Assembly (NCBI GenBank): GCA_963798915.1
Contig: CAWCVB010000002.1
Coordinates: 256,001 to 320,000 of the forward strand
Length of the DNA stretch: 64,000 bases
Direction of reading: 5' to 3'
Source of the DNA: an uncultured Gemmatimonadales bacterium
GTDB lineage: Bacteria > Gemmatimonadota > Gemmatimonadetes > Gemmatimonadales > GWC2-71-9
Part shown: positions 28,481 to 38,282 of the stretch, piece after piece
Numbering within the stretch: position 1 is the stretch's first letter
How the letters are laid out: every line of letters starts with the position of its first letter
The notes under the pieces: model-generated
Told to the model about the DNA's origin: nothing
The model's database searches: none
What the model saw: only the letters and a program-made list of their open reading frames with translations
Made by a program: the position numbers and the translations under genes

Positions 28481-31400
28481 GTGCGTGCTGCGCTCCGAGT
28501 CATCCTCGCTGCTTCCTTCCTTTCGGCTTCGGCCGCCGTGGCCGAAGCCCAGTCACCTGACACCTACGCCGAAATGCGCTGGCGCTCGATCGGCCCGCCC
28601 CGGGCGGGGCGCACCCGTGCCCTCGCCGGCGTGCCCAGCCAGCCGAACGTTTTCTATGCCGGGTTCGATAACGGCGGCGTCTGGCGATCCACCGACTACG
28701 GCTCCACCTGGCAGCCGATTTTCGATCAGGAGCCGACCGGTTCGATCGGCGCGATCGCCGTGGCCGCATCCGACCCGAGCATCATCTACGTCGGCACCGG
28801 CGCCGGCATCATCCGCCCCGACCTCTCGACCGGCAACGGTCTCTACAAGTCCACCGACGCCGGAAAGACCTGGACCCACCTGGGCCTCGACGAGACACAG
28901 ATGATCGCCTGGATCGCGATCGATCCGACCGACCCCAATCGGCTCTTCGTCGCGGCTCTCGGCCACCCCTACGGACCCAACGCCGAGCGAGGAATCTTCC
29001 GTTCTACCGACGGGGGAACCACCTGGGAAAAGGTGCTGTACCATGATGAGTACACCAGCGGGAACAGCGTCATCATTGATCCCGCCGATCCGAGCATCGT
29101 CTACGCCGCGCTCTGGCAGCAGCAGCAGAGTTTCCGGGAGGGGGATGAATTCGGTGGGGCCGGCAACGGCATCTTCAAGTCCACCGACGGCGGCACGACC
29201 TGGAAGCACCTGACCGAGGGCCTTCCCGATGCCATCGAGGCAAACCTGGCCGTGGCGCCGAGCGATCCCAGCCGGCTTTACGCAATGGTGGCCGGCGTGG
29301 CGCCAGCCGGTGCCAGGAACAAAGGAGGTCCGACCACCGGCGTCGTCGGTTTCTACACCTCCGCCGACCGTGGCGAGCACTGGACTGCAGTCGATGCACC
29401 GGGCATTCCGGCGGACACTTCGGGCCCCGCCGATCCGCGTCCGCTCGCGCGCATTGGCGGGGGCGATCTCCCCACGATCACCGTCGACCCGAAGCGCCCG
29501 AGCGTGGTCTACAGCTCGACCATTGTGCTCTGGCGCACCAGTGATGGCGGGCATACCTGGTCCGCAGTGCGCGGCTCTCCGGGCGGGGACGATTACCAGA
29601 ACACGTGGGTCAACCCGAACAACCCCGATATCCTCTTCGCGGTCTCCGACCAGGGGGCGGTGATCTCGGCCAACCACGGCGAATCGTGGAGCAACTGGTA
29701 TACCCAGCCGACCGCCGCGATGTATCACGTCACCACCGACAACGCCTTTCCCTATCGCGTCTGCGGCGGCCAACAGGATTCCGGCTCGGGATGTGTCGAC
29801 AGCAGGTCGATGGACGGCGAGATCACATTCCACGACTGGCATCCGGTCAACATCCAGGAATACGGCATCGCTGCGCCCGATCCCCGCGATCCCGACCTGG
29901 TCTACGGGAGCGGCCGCACCAACATCTCGCTGTACAATCGGCAAACCGGCCAGACCACTCACCTCGGTCCCGACGAGGTGGAGCGGGGCGAGGAGTATGG
30001 CCGCAATGTGCGAACGATGCCGCTTCACTGGTCGCCGGTCGCTCCCGATGTGCTCTTCTACGCCTCGAACGTCGTGTGGAAGAGCACTGATCACGGCCGG
30101 AGCTGGAGCCGGATAAGCCCCGACCTTGCGCGGCGGACGTGGACTGTGCCGGCCAGCGCCGGGAAGTACGCCGAGGGCGTCCACGCCGAGGCCAAGGGGG
30201 CGATTACCGCGTTGGCCCCCTCGCCGCGCGACGTGCAGGTGCTGTGGGCCGGGACCGACGACGGTGCCATTCAGATAACCAGTGATGGTGGCGCCACCTG
30301 GCGCAACGTGACGCCCGCCGCCATCAAGCCGTGGACTCGCATCTTCAACCTCGATGCCGGGCATTTCGATGCCTCCACCGCTTACGCCGCCGCCAACACG
30401 ATGCGGATCGATGACCCGGACCCGCACTTCTGGCGCACGCACGATGGCGGGAAGACCTGGAGCGAGATCGACACCGGCCTGGCACCGGGTGCCGTCGCGA
30501 ACGCGATCCGGGAGGATCCCAGGGTGCCGGGTCTGCTCTACGCCTCGACCGAGACGCAGGTCTGGGTCTCGTTCGATGATGGCGATCACTGGCAGTCACT
30601 CCGGCAGAACATGCCGGCGGTATCGGTGCGCGATCTCCAGGTGAAGGACGACACGAGCTGTCTCTGCGCCGACCTGGTGGCCGCTACTCACGGGCGAGGG
30701 TTCTGGATCCTCGACGACGTGACGCCCCTCCGCCAGGCGGCCGCAGCCTGGGCCGCGAAAGCCGCCTACCTCTTCAAACCCGCACCGGCGGTGCGGGTGC
30801 GCTTCGGTACCAACGATCCCACGCCCTGGCCGCCGGAGGTGCCGGCCGGCGAGAACCCGCCGCCGGGCGGGATCATCGACTACTACCTGGCCGCCGATGT
30901 ATCGGGCCCGGTCGCGCTCGAGATTCTCGATTCGGCGGGTGTGGTGGTCCGCTCATACTCCAGCGAAGACTCGGTGCTGGTGCCCGATCCTGCGCTCGAT
31001 CCGGCGGGTTACGAAAAAATCTGTCAGCGAGACTTCCGCGCGCCCGACTGCAATGTGCCGCTCTACTGGGCGGCGCCGCAGATGCGCCTCTCCACCAAGG
31101 CCGGTATGCATCGCTTCGGTTGGGACCTTCGCTTCGATCCGATCGGAGAGCGGGGTCCAGGTCGAGACAACGGGGCCGCCGTGCCGCACCGGACCTATCC
31201 CGCGGCATACGCGCCCTGGGCGCCGCCCGGCGCGTACACCGTGCGGCTCACCGTGGGTGGGACGCGCTACACTCAACCCCTCAAACTGCATCTCGACCCG
31301 CGAGTTACCACACCGGCGCCGGCGCTCGCTCGGCTCGCTGCGTTATCGCGGGAGATGTACGTCGGCGCCAGTACGGCGCATGCCGCTGCATTGCGAGCGC

Positions 31401-31771
31401 GGGCGCTGGCAGCCGTGCTCCGCAAGATGGACGGTAAGGACGTGGCCCGTTTCCGGGCGCAGGTTGAATCGTTGGCGCCCGCGCCGGTGGCCGGCACCGG
31501 CGGCCGGGTTCGCGGCCGGGGCCGCCCGGGCAGCGAGCAGCCCGCGCCCACCCTCGATGCCGTGAGCGCCGAAATGCTCGACGCGGCCATGGCGATGCAG
31601 GACGCGGACGTGGCGCCGACAGCGGAAGAAGTCGCGGCGTGCGCGCGGGCCCGCACCCATGCCGGGTCGGTGCTGCGGAAGTGGAACGCTTTGGTGGGGG
31701 ATCGTCTCCGGCAGCTCAATGCGCGGAGGAAGGCGGCGGGGCAGCCGGAGATTGCGGTGCCGAGCCCGTAA
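28481..31771 (+). CDS. Secreted BNR/Asp-box (VPS10/sortilin-like) beta-propeller protein, putative glycosyl hydrolase
   Basis: Signal peptide; WRSIGP.RAGR, many S/T-x-D-x-G-x-T/S-W Asp-boxes, VCGGQQDSGS, ATHGRGFWILDD. Confidence 0.9.
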   Translation: MRAALRVILAASFLSASAAVAEAQSPDTYAEMRWRSIGPPRAGRTRALAGVPSQPNVFYAGFDNGGVWRSTDYGSTWQPIFDQEPTGSIGAIAVAASDPSIIYVGTGAGIIRPDLSTGNGLYKSTDAGKTWTHLGLDETQMIAWIAIDPTDPNRLFVAALGHPYGPNAERGIFRSTDGGTTWEKVLYHDEYTSGNSVIIDPADPSIVYAALWQQQQSFREGDEFGGAGNGIFKSTDGGTTWKHLTEGLPDAIEANLAVAPSDPSRLYAMVAGVAPAGARNKGGPTTGVVGFYTSADRGEHWTAVDAPGIPADTSGPADPRPLARIGGGDLPTITVDPKRPSVVYSSTIVLWRTSDGGHTWSAVRGSPGGDDYQNTWVNPNNPDILFAVSDQGAVISANHGESWSNWYTQPTAAMYHVTTDNAFPYRVCGGQQDSGSGCVDSRSMDGEITFHDWHPVNIQEYGIAAPDPRDPDLVYGSGRTNISLYNRQTGQTTHLGPDEVERGEEYGRNVRTMPLHWSPVAPDVLFYASNVVWKSTDHGRSWSRISPDLARRTWTVPASAGKYAEGVHAEAKGAITALAPSPRDVQVLWAGTDDGAIQITSDGGATWRNVTPAAIKPWTRIFNLDAGHFDASTAYAAANTMRIDDPDPHFWRTHDGGKTWSEIDTGLAPGAVANAIREDPRVPGLLYASTETQVWVSFDDGDHWQSLRQNMPAVSVRDLQVKDDTSCLCADLVAATHGRGFWILDDVTPLRQAAAAWAAKAAYLFKPAPAVRVRFGTNDPTPWPPEVPAGENPPPGGIIDYYLAADVSGPVALEILDSAGVVVRSYSSEDSVLVPDPALDPAGYEKICQRDFRAPDCNVPLYWAAPQMRLSTKAGMHRFGWDLRFDPIGERGPGRDNGAAVPHRTYPAAYAPWAPPGAYTVRLTVGGTRYTQPLKLHLDPRVTTPAPALARLAALSREMYVGASTAHAAALRARALAAVLRKMDGKDVARFRAQVESLAPAPVAGTGGRVRGRGRPGSEQPAPTLDAVSAEMLDAAMAMQDADVAPTAEEVAACARARTHAGSVLRKWNALVGDRLRQLNARRKAAGQPEIAVPSP

Positions 31772-31835
31772 GGCGGTCGCTGGCGGCTCGGCGGCGCGCG
31801 GTTGTTGTGGTGGAGCGGTTGCGATAAAGAGGCGC

Positions 31836-31886
31836 AAAAGGGAGTCGATGGCGGCAGGCGCGTTCTGCCACTCGCCATCGGCTCCC
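31836..31886 (-). terminator. Intrinsic terminator for the HAF-repeat gene (possibly bidirectional)
   Basis: gggagtcgatggcg ... cgccatcggctccc inverted repeat (13/14), followed by TTTT on the minus strand, about 20 nt past the stop at 31906. Confidence 0.65.
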
Positions 31887-31905
31887 CATTGTCAGGCGAT
31901 GAACT

Positions 31906-33282
31906 CTACCGCGCGTTTCCCACTCCACGGTGCCGGACCAGTTGCCGGACGCTCGCGGAGAGTCTTGGCGGGATCGCTCGGCGCGCCGCCTGCGGGGTGT
32001 TCGAGCTGGACGTGCCGGGCCTCGGCGTCGCCAGGAAGGCATGGGCCTCGAACGTGTTCAGGTCCAGCGCCAACCCCGCGATCTGTCCTTCCTGATTGAT
32101 GGCCAGCGGAGCGATGACGTAGAGCATCCCGTCGGGCGGCAGGAGCGAGTTGATGTCGGTGAAGACATCGTCCTGCCAGATGTAGCCTCGGCAGAGTTCA
32201 AAGGCGACGTCGCACGAGGCGCCGACCATCTGTCCCCGGTCGTTCGCGTTGAACGGGGTGTTCTGGCGGTCCAGGGCATCCGGGCTCATCAGCCCGAGGT
32301 CCTGGATGCCGGTCTGCTTCGTCCAACGGAACGGGTGGAGCGTCCCGTCGAGGAGCCCGGCCGCCCCGAAGACTTCACCCTTGTTGTTGACGACGGCCGC
32401 AAACCCGCTGTTGGGGTCGCCAAGATTGCCCAGATCGATGGGCGTGCCGTGGTCCCAGAGCACCGCGTGCGCGCCCAACCCGGTCCCGCCGAACGTCGTG
32501 TTCGAGCACAGGCCGGATGTACCGACCACCTGGCCGTTGTCGTTGTTCCGGACCGCCATTGCTACTTCGTCTCCGGGGAGCGGCGGCAGAACCCGGATGT
32601 GGCCGTGCTCCCAGGTCACCGCCTGAAAATGGCTCTGCTGAGGCGCCATGCAGGTGCCGTCGAGCACGCCATCTTCCGCCAGACCGACGATCTGCCCCTG
32701 ACTGTTCATCGTCAGGGCCGCGGCGTTGTTTCCGCCGAGTCCCGGGAGCGGTGTCATGACGCCCTTCCGCCAGACACCCGCACGGCAGAGGAGACCGGTG
32801 CCGAATCCGCAGAAGTTCTCGCCCAGTGGATCGGGTGTGGAGACTTCGGAGAGAATCGAGACCACCTCGCTTCCCGCTCTTCCAGCCGCCTGGGCGTTGA
32901 GCCCCGTGCCGAGCCCTTCAAGGGTGCCGACGTCCATCATCTGTCCGCGAACCCAGCGGAAGCCGTGCTGAAATTCCCCGGTTACGTTGGCGGCCCCGGT
33001 CACCTCCCCTGCATCGCTGACATCGAAGGCGATGCTGAACGACCCGCCGAGCGTGCCGAGATCGACGATGTCGTAGAGCGGCTGGGCGCGCGCCGACGCG
33101 GCGGTCGCCGCAGTCGCGGAAGGCAGGGTCGGCGGCTCCGAGCACGCTGCCAGGAGGCCCGCCACGGCCAGGGCGAGCGGCAGCCGCCAGGCTCGTGTCG
33201 GTGGCCTCCACAACCTGGAATCGGGCGATATGATGGCCGCGAGGGTCCGCGGGTGGATCGCGGCTGTCAGTGAAGCGCGCAT
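31906..33282 (-). CDS. HAF-repeat extracellular (lipo)protein
   Basis: GGAGA RBS before ATG 33282; lipobox-like LLAAC; repeats DLGTLGG..S.A..V...G.V.G, HGFRW, HAVLW, HPFRW, HAFL. Confidence 0.85.
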   Translation of the reverse strand: MRASLTAAIHPRTLAAIISPDSRLWRPPTRAWRLPLALAVAGLLAACSEPPTLPSATAATAASARAQPLYDIVDLGTLGGSFSIAFDVSDAGEVTGAANVTGEFQHGFRWVRGQMMDVGTLEGLGTGLNAQAAGRAGSEVVSILSEVSTPDPLGENFCGFGTGLLCRAGVWRKGVMTPLPGLGGNNAAALTMNSQGQIVGLAEDGVLDGTCMAPQQSHFQAVTWEHGHIRVLPPLPGDEVAMAVRNNDNGQVVGTSGLCSNTTFGGTGLGAHAVLWDHGTPIDLGNLGDPNSGFAAVVNNKGEVFGAAGLLDGTLHPFRWTKQTGIQDLGLMSPDALDRQNTPFNANDRGQMVGASCDVAFELCRGYIWQDDVFTDINSLLPPDGMLYVIAPLAINQEGQIAGLALDLNTFEAHAFLATPRPGTSSSNTPQAARRAIPPRLSASVRQLVRHRGVGNAR

Positions 33283-33442
33283 GGGTGTTCTCCGGAACGG
33301 GTGTGCTGCCCGCCTCTGGTCTTCGGCGTGCAGGGGCCATATCATCTCGCTCAGGTATACGCGCAGAACCTCTCCAGATCCTGACATGCCCCCGCGCTTT
33401 TCCCGGAGTGGGCGGCCAAACGACCGGAAATGCCGCAGGGGT

Positions 33443-34042
33443 ATGACAATGGCCACGCCGCAGTCCGCCATAACCGAAGTGCTGGGTCAGGTGCGCGACG
33501 GGGTGCCGGGCGCGATGGACCGCCTCGTCGAGCTGGTGTACGCCGACCTCGCTCGCCTTGCGCACCGCCAGCTTGGGCTCGAAGCAGCCGGACATACCCT
33601 CTCCACGACCGATCTCATCCACGAGGCCTATATCCGGCTCGTGGACCAGACACGCACCCAGTGGGCCGATCGGGCGCATTTCTTTGCCGTGGCCGCGCAT
33701 GTGATGCGGCGCGTGCTCGTGGACCACGCAAGGCGGCACCGGGCGGAACGACGCGGTGGGCCGAAGCGGCGTGTTGTTTCGATCGAGGTACTGGAGTCCG
33801 CGGACATCGCGAGCCTCACTACCGACCAGCGCGCCGACGTCCTGCTCGAGATGGATGATGCGCTCGAACGGCTCGCCCAGCTGGACGAGCGTCAGGCGAG
33901 GGTGGTGGAGTGCCGGTTCTTTGGGGGACTGACAGAGGAGGATACGGCCGCAGCGCTTAACGTCACCCCGCGCACGGTGGCGCGCGATTGGGTCAAGGCG
34001 CGCGGGTGGCTATCCCGAATGCTGTGCGATGATCTTTCCTGA
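33443..34042 (+). CDS. ECF sigma factor of the kinase-associated (TIGR02999/ECF43-like) type
   Basis: ITEVL...AMDRLVELVYADLARLA...HTLSTTDLIHEAYIRL...RAHFFAVAAHVMRRVLVDHAR; sigma4 region VVECRFFGGLT...TVARDW.KARGWL; overlaps the downstream kinase gene. Confidence 0.92.
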   Translation: MTMATPQSAITEVLGQVRDGVPGAMDRLVELVYADLARLAHRQLGLEAAGHTLSTTDLIHEAYIRLVDQTRTQWADRAHFFAVAAHVMRRVLVDHARRHRAERRGGPKRRVVSIEVLESADIASLTTDQRADVLLEMDDALERLAQLDERQARVVECRFFGGLTEEDTAAALNVTPRTVARDWVKARGWLSRMLCDDLS

Positions 34043-36740
34043 GCGGCATCGGGATCGTGACCTCTCCCCAGAGCGCTGGCGGGAGCTCGACCGCGTCATG
34101 GACGGCGCGCTCGATCTCCCGTCCGCCGCGCGTGCGGCGTACCTCGATGCGATCTGCGGCACGGATTCCGCGCTGCGCGAAAGCGCCGCGCGCCTGGTGG
34201 ACGCCTGCGAGCGTGCAGGGAGCTCAGGCGGCCTCCTCGCCACGCCGGCCGCTGCCTTCGCGGCTCCCTTGCTTGCCGATCTCGCCGCGCGGGACGCCGA
34301 ACGCGCGGACCAGCGCCGCGCCGCGGTTCTCGGCGCGCTGCGGACCGCACTCTCGGGACGTTACGCCGTCGAGCACGAAGCCGGGCGTGGCGGAATGGCC
34401 ACGGTCTATCTGGCAACGGACCTCCGCCACGACCGCGCCGTCGCCGTCAAGGTCGTCGAGCGGAGCGTCGCGCCAGCGGCCGCCGAGCGCTTTCTTCACG
34501 AGATCCGCACCGCCGCTCGTCTCACGCACCCGCACATACTTGGCGTCCACGACTCGGGTGAGTCGGACGGGCTGCTCTACTATGTGATGCCGTACGTCGA
34601 TGGCGAGACCCTGCGGGCGCGCCTGGAGCGCGAAGGCGCACTTCCACTCACGGACGCTCTGCGCCTGCTGCGCGAGCTTGCCGATGCGCTGTCATATGCT
34701 CATGCGCGCGGCATTGCGCACTGCGACCTCAAACCCGAGAACGTGCTCCTCTCAGGTGGGCACGCCGTCGTCGCCGACTTCGGGATCGCGAAGGCACTGG
34801 CGGCCGCCACCGGGGCAGGCACCGATGCAGGCACGGGACCGCCGTCGCCTGGCGGAGTGCTTGGCACTGCGGCCTACATGGCTCCCGAGCAGGCGCGCGG
34901 CGACGAGGCCACCGACCATCGGGCAGACCTGTACGCACTCGGCGTACTCGCCTACGAGGTGCTCGCCGGAGAGCACCCGTTCCGCGGACGTCCGCGGGAG
35001 GCGCTCATCCTCGCGCACCGGACGGAGGCGCCGCCGCCACTCGGGATCCGGTGTCCGGAGGTGCCGACCGCGCTCGCCGCGCTGGTGATGCAGTTGCTCG
35101 CCAAGGACCCGGCCGCGCGCCCGCAGAGCGCCGCCGACGTGCTGCCCGCTCTGGATGCTGCGGCGGCCCTGCCGTCGGGAGGACGGTTTGCAAGCGGCGG
35201 GACACTGCTGGCGGCTGCGGCAGCGTTGCTCGTCATCGCCGCCCTGGGCGGGTACTCCATCTGGGGCGGAGCCGCAGCGGTGCGCGACGCACGCTCGGGA
35301 CGCGCGATTCGCACGGTCGCCGTGCTTCCGTTCGTGAATGCGGGCGGCTCCGCGGCCGACGAATACTTCAGCGACGGGATCAGGGACGAGGTGGCGCACG
35401 CGCTCGCGCAGCTGCCGGAGCTGCGGGTCGCGGGCCGGACCTCGAGCTACGCCTTCAAGGGAAAGGCCGTGGCGGTCCAGGAGATCGGGCGGGAGCTCGA
35501 CGTCAGTGCCCTGGTCGGCGGCACGGTCCGGCGCACGGGAAATCGGCTGCGGGTGAGCGCGCAACTCGTGAGCACGGGAGACGGGAAGGTGCTCTGGGAC
35601 AGCACCTTCGAAAACCGGTCCGGCGATCTCTTTTCGATGCAGGACCAGTTCACCCGCGCCATCGTCTCGGCCCTCGCTCCGGCACTGGCGCAGCGTGGCG
35701 GTGGTGCTTCGACGATCGACCTCCGGCGCGGTACAGCGGACCAGGAGGCGTACGATTCGTACCTGAGGGGCCGGTACTACTGGGGCCTCCGTGGCGGCGA
35801 GAACGTCAGCCGCTCCATCGCCAACTTCCGTCAGGCGATCGAGCGCGACCCGACATTTGCCCGGGCGCATGCCGGCCTGGCGATGGCCTACGCAGTCCTG
35901 CCGATGTACGGCCCCGACCCGAGCGATTCGATCGAGGCGCTGGTCCTTGGCAGCGCCGAACGCGCAGTGGCACTCGACTCTACCCTCGCCGACGCGCAGC
36001 TTGCGATGGGAATGGCGGTCGACATGCGGCTGGAGTTCCGCGCCGCTCTCGCCCGGTATCGCGCGGCGGTGGTCCTCGACCCGTCCTCGGTCACCGGACA
36101 CCACTGGCTCGGGTTTGCTCTGCTCAATCTGGGGCGCAGCGACGAGGCATTGGTCGAGTTGCGTCATGCCACTGAACTCGACCCGCTGTCCACCACGCCG
36201 GCGAGCGCGCTCTCGACCGCGCTGCTGTTCGCCCGGAGGTTCCCCGAGTCCGCCACCGCCGCCCGCCGGGCACTGGCCATCGATTCCACCTTCGCGTTCG
36301 CCATCTGGACGCTGGGAATGGCGCAGGTGTTCGGGGGGCAGCCGGACAGCGCCGTGCAGACCCTGGAACGCGGGATGCGGGTGCACCCGGAGGACAGCAG
36401 AATGTCCTCGGGGCTGGTCTTGGCGTACGCCGCGGCGGGCCGCTGGGCCGAGGCCGCGCGGGTACGCGGGCGGCTCCACGCCCTGGGGAGAGAGCCCGCC
36501 AGTGGCATCGAAGGGGCACTTGCGGATCTGGTCTTCGGTGACCGTGAGCCGCTCGTGCGCCTCTTGACCAGCGAGGCGGGGCAGGATCGCTACATCCGCT
36601 CCGGCGGCGCGTTCGGCTGCGATCCACTATTCGATCCGCTCTGGGCCGATGCGCGCTTCCGCGCCGCGATGCGGAAGCTCACGGTCGAGCCATGTCACCT
36701 CGCCCGGGCGTGGCCGCTTCCACGCCGCCCCGACACCTGA
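34029..36740 (+). CDS. K8: ECF-partner Ser/Thr kinase (non-RD) - TM - TolB-N-like - TPR
   Basis: N-terminal helical extension PERWRELDRVMDGALDL...RAAYLDAICG.D..LR typical of ECF-linked kinases; HCDLKPEN, DFG; VAVLPFVN...EYFSDG; TPR-like repeats; DPLFDPL..DARF C-terminus. Confidence 0.93.
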   Translation: MIFPERHRDRDLSPERWRELDRVMDGALDLPSAARAAYLDAICGTDSALRESAARLVDACERAGSSGGLLATPAAAFAAPLLADLAARDAERADQRRAAVLGALRTALSGRYAVEHEAGRGGMATVYLATDLRHDRAVAVKVVERSVAPAAAERFLHEIRTAARLTHPHILGVHDSGESDGLLYYVMPYVDGETLRARLEREGALPLTDALRLLRELADALSYAHARGIAHCDLKPENVLLSGGHAVVADFGIAKALAAATGAGTDAGTGPPSPGGVLGTAAYMAPEQARGDEATDHRADLYALGVLAYEVLAGEHPFRGRPREALILAHRTEAPPPLGIRCPEVPTALAALVMQLLAKDPAARPQSAADVLPALDAAAALPSGGRFASGGTLLAAAAALLVIAALGGYSIWGGAAAVRDARSGRAIRTVAVLPFVNAGGSAADEYFSDGIRDEVAHALAQLPELRVAGRTSSYAFKGKAVAVQEIGRELDVSALVGGTVRRTGNRLRVSAQLVSTGDGKVLWDSTFENRSGDLFSMQDQFTRAIVSALAPALAQRGGGASTIDLRRGTADQEAYDSYLRGRYYWGLRGGENVSRSIANFRQAIERDPTFARAHAGLAMAYAVLPMYGPDPSDSIEALVLGSAERAVALDSTLADAQLAMGMAVDMRLEFRAALARYRAAVVLDPSSVTGHHWLGFALLNLGRSDEALVELRHATELDPLSTTPASALSTALLFARRFPESATAARRALAIDSTFAFAIWTLGMAQVFGGQPDSAVQTLERGMRVHPEDSRMSSGLVLAYAAAGRWAEAARVRGRLHALGREPASGIEGALADLVFGDREPLVRLLTSEAGQDRYIRSGGAFGCDPLFDPLWADARFRAAMRKLTVEPCHLARAWPLPRRPDT

Positions 36741-36791
36741 TATTCCACGCCACGACGTGCGCCAGTAGTCGTGGCGGCGTTGGTGCCGATA

Positions 36792-36815
36792 GCCGAGCTC
36801 ACGCTCGAGGCGATA
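36792..36815 (-). pseudogene. Short kinase 5' remnant (YRLERELG)
   Basis: tatcgcctcgagcgtgagctcggc is nearly identical to the subdomain-I codons of K2 and K4 and sits isolated in an intergenic region. Confidence 0.5.
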
Positions 36816-36938
36816 GGGGCTGGAGCTCGTCGCTCGTTGCTGAACTGACCAAAACGATTGTGGGTCGTAGGCTCTGGCGGCCGTGACTGACCAGCGGTAG
36901 CCTTCGGACACTCGACTCCGGACACCTTGGAGCTGCTC

Positions 36939-37376
36939 ATGCCTATCGTGCTGCTTTCACGCCGCGGTTTCGTGGCGGGATGCACCACCGTCCTGCTCGG
37001 CGCCCACGCCCCCCGCCTCGGTGCGGCCATGCGCTGCGGCCAGCCCACCTCCCGGCGCCGCGGCCCGCACCCGACGCCGCGCGTCGGCATCAACGCGTCG
37101 AAGGTGCTCAGGCCAGATCAGCTGAGCGACGCGCCGGAGGCATTGCCCGCCTTCGAGGCCGCCAGGAAAATCCCCCAGATCCTTGATGGCATCCGCTGCC
37201 ACTGCGGCTGCGCCGATCTTGAGGGATTCTACTCCCTGCTCAGCTGCTACGAGGGCGACGGCATGGCGCGGATGTGCGTAGTATGCCAGGGCCAGGCACG
37301 GCTGGCGGAACGCCTGTTCACGTCGGGGCGAACGCTCGACGATATCCGTGACGCGATCGACGCGAGGTTCGGATGA
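36939..37376 (+). CDS. PCYCGC-motif-like Cys-rich protein with twin-arginine-like leader
   Basis: SRRGFV leader; ILDGIRCHCGC...SLLSCY...MCVVCQG; GGAG RBS. Confidence 0.8.
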   Translation: MPIVLLSRRGFVAGCTTVLLGAHAPRLGAAMRCGQPTSRRRGPHPTPRVGINASKVLRPDQLSDAPEALPAFEAARKIPQILDGIRCHCGCADLEGFYSLLSCYEGDGMARMCVVCQGQARLAERLFTSGRTLDDIRDAIDARFG

Positions 37377-38257
37377 GAACGGCCTCTCTCGTCCTGCTCA
37401 TGATCCTGGTCACGGCTGCACCGGCCAGCGCGCAAATCCGCGCGAGCGAGCGCGCACGAGTCCGGCAGGTGGTGGACGGCACAACGATCACGATTGATTA
37501 CGCGCGCCCGCGGGTGCGCGGCCGGGCACCCATTTTTGGCGGGGCAGTGTGGTGGGGAGAGGTATGGACCCCCGGCGCCAACATGGCGACAACCCTGGAA
37601 ACCGATCACGATATCCTGCTCGACAGCCGGCCGGTGCCGAAAGGCAAGTATTCGGTATGGATGGTGGTGGACAGCGGGCCGCAGTGGACGATGGTGCTCG
37701 ACACTGTGTGGGAGCAGTACCATGAGGACCGGCCCCCTGCGCGGGGCGGACAGATCCGGTGGGCGGTGACGCCGGAAGTCGGCCCCGCGACAGAGGTGCT
37801 CACCTGGAGTTTTCCCGAGATCACCTCGACCGGTGGCATGATCCGCATGCAGTGGGCCGACCGCGCCGTGTCGCTCCCGTTCACCGTGCCGCCGAGTCAT
37901 CCGCTGACCACCGATCGTACCGAGGCCGCTCCGCTGGTGGGCCGCTATCGCATGACCTGGATCGAAGACGGCGGCAGCGCGGGCTCCGACAGTGGGCGGC
38001 AGATCGTGGAGATTACCTACGAGAATGGCGCGCTGCTCGCGCGCTGGGCGCCGAAGCTCTGGGGCCCGGATGACCAGACCTGGCTCATTCGCCTGGCACG
38101 GAACTGGTTCAGCCCGGGGTTCCGGCGGGATGGGAAGCTGGTGGACGTGTTCACAGAATGGGTGCTCGAGTTCGATGTCGTGGGGACCGAGGCGCGCGGA
38201 TTCGAGATCCGTGGGGAGCGCGACCTGCTGTGGGCCAAGGCCTCGCGATTGAGATAG
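37373..38257 (+). CDS. DUF2911-family secreted protein with C-terminal extension
   Basis: Signal peptide; AS..A.V.Q...GTTITIDYARP.VRGR..IFGG.V.WG.VWTPGAN.AT; ATGA-coupled to the upstream gene. Confidence 0.85.
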   Translation: MRTASLVLLMILVTAAPASAQIRASERARVRQVVDGTTITIDYARPRVRGRAPIFGGAVWWGEVWTPGANMATTLETDHDILLDSRPVPKGKYSVWMVVDSGPQWTMVLDTVWEQYHEDRPPARGGQIRWAVTPEVGPATEVLTWSFPEITSTGGMIRMQWADRAVSLPFTVPPSHPLTTDRTEAAPLVGRYRMTWIEDGGSAGSDSGRQIVEITYENGALLARWAPKLWGPDDQTWLIRLARNWFSPGFRRDGKLVDVFTEWVLEFDVVGTEARGFEIRGERDLLWAKASRLR

Positions 38258-38282
38258 TTATCGTATGGAACAGCGATGATGC

